Of a stretch of 64,000 nucleotides of DNA, positions 62,732-64,000 are shown in pieces. Position 1 is the stretch's first letter; every line of letters starts with the position of its first letter. The translations under genes were made by a program, and so were the position numbers. The DNA lies in the NCBI GenBank assembly GCA_013265495.1, contig MU058584.1, positions 2,203,599 through 2,267,598 of the forward strand. The letters are read 5' to 3'. The stretch comes from Vicugna vicugna. Taxonomy: Eukaryota. The notes beneath the pieces were generated by a model. The model was not told where the DNA came from, ran no database searches, and saw only the letters and a program-made list of their open reading frames with translations.

Positions 62732-63513
62732 CCTGGAATGCTCATTGCTAACTATGTGATGGGCTTTCTTACTGAAATGCATGTGTGTGTGTGTATGTCT
62801 TTGTGTGCATAAGAAATATCTGAGAATACAGTATTTAGACCCCATTAGTGAGGGTACAAATGTACAGATAAACTATATCATTTATGGTGATAATATGGCT
62901 ACTGTCAAAATAGCATGTTATTTTGACAGTTGCTTTATCTTTACTCTCATTGAGTCTACAATAAGAAACTAGTTTCTTAGCAACTAAAATATATTCCCAA
63001 ACAAGAGCATTAAAAAAGAAAAAAAGCCCACGAAAGAAAAAATATACGCATAGTAGATGTCTGGGCAAGCTATTCCTCTTGGTGGGAACGAAATTGATCT
63101 GAAATAGTGTGGTGTCCTCTCGCCCATCCAGCTGCCCTCGGGCAACGTCATTGTCACAGGTAGCTTTTTCTGAGCGTTCAGATGCCAAAACACGAGGTAG
63201 CTTGCATGAGGCTCAGAAAGGTCTGTTTTTCCTTTTCCTTTTCATTCTTCCTTTTAGTATCTGCCCCCCGCTTCCCCAACAGGTCCTTATCTTATATCCT
63301 AGGTCAAAAGTCCTATAAGAATTAGCATGTAAGTTCTGGAGCAGAAAGCCTGTATCCAGGTCTGTCTTCACAGGGACTTGCAGGCAGCCAGTGGCTTCCG
63401 CATCATGTCATTAGTAAGACGGTCAGGGTGGGGGTCTGGGGAAGCAGAGGAGGAAATCACCTACTTCAGGCCTATTGTGTTATGTCCATAAACCACTTTG
63501 AAATTCTCAAAAG

Positions 63514-63987
63514 TGACATTTCTCAAGTTGCCATCTGGGGATCCCCAGACTCTTTTCAGGGAACCGCAAGGAGAAAACCATTTAGATGATACTAAGAGGT
63601 TATTCGCTTTTTTCACTCCGAGTCTTCCACGAGGGTACAGTGGAGTTTTCTCAAGGCTACATGACGTGTGACGCCACCACAGACGGAGCGCAGAGACAGA
63701 TGTGAGAATCCCACTGCCTTCTATTAAGTCAGACGCTAAAAACATTTTCAAAAATGTAAAAACTCCCTCTTAACGTTTTTTATTTCAAAATTAGTATGTT
63801 TCATAAAGTACGTTATTTCTGTTAACGTGTCATAAATGAACTTATAAACATTTAAAATTTCTTTATTTCTAGTTTTTGATACAAGAAATATTGATAGATA
63901 TAATCTACACAAGCAAAAGCTCTTTGGAGTCCTCAGTATCTTTTAAGAGTTTAAGAACGTCAAACCCAAAATGTTTGAGAACGGCTG
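63514..63987 (+). mobile_element. Charlie1b-like hAT DNA transposon (non-autonomous)
   Basis: GTACAGTGGAGTTTTCTCAAGGCTACATGACGTGTGA...TTCTATTAAGTCAGAC...AAAAGCTCTTTGGAGTCCTCA...TTTGAGAACGGCTG follows the Charlie1b consensus through its right terminal repeat. Confidence 0.8.
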
Positions 63988-64000
63988 CCTCTGCAGACTG

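Noticed and set aside
381..63751. The many 60-200 aa ORFs in the six-frame track as protein-coding genes
   Set aside because: Low-complexity or random-like translations, many with non-ATG starts, overlapping on both strands and with no recognisable domain. Only L1 ORF2 remnants show homology.

Overview
Mammalian genomic DNA, non-coding throughout as far as I can see. It is most likely from a camelid, because it has three tRNA-Ala-derived Vic-1-type SINEs and cetartiodactyl-type L1 3' ends, and I recognise no ruminant or pig SINEs. I found no host protein-coding exon I can identify; the only ORFs with recognisable homology are decayed LINE-1 ORF2 C-terminal pieces. The window looks like a long intron or gene desert. 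It holds old repeats (MIR, L2, MER20, MER5-like, Charlie1b, MLT1J-like, L1M), younger lineage repeats (5'-truncated L1s with target-site duplications, a 5'-inverted L1, SINEs, a solo ERV1-type LTR) and several repeat-free, motif-dense blocks that resemble conserved enhancers. The best-supported unusual structures are a 295-bp tandem duplication with a two-step microhomology junction, a fold-back templated patch in an L1 tail, and a twin-priming L1. A 6-nt microexon candidate and a GATA-cluster enhancer candidate are more speculative. I cannot support a claim of a new biological system from sequence alone. Repeat names come from recalled consensus similarity, not a database search, and boundaries of old repeats are approximate.
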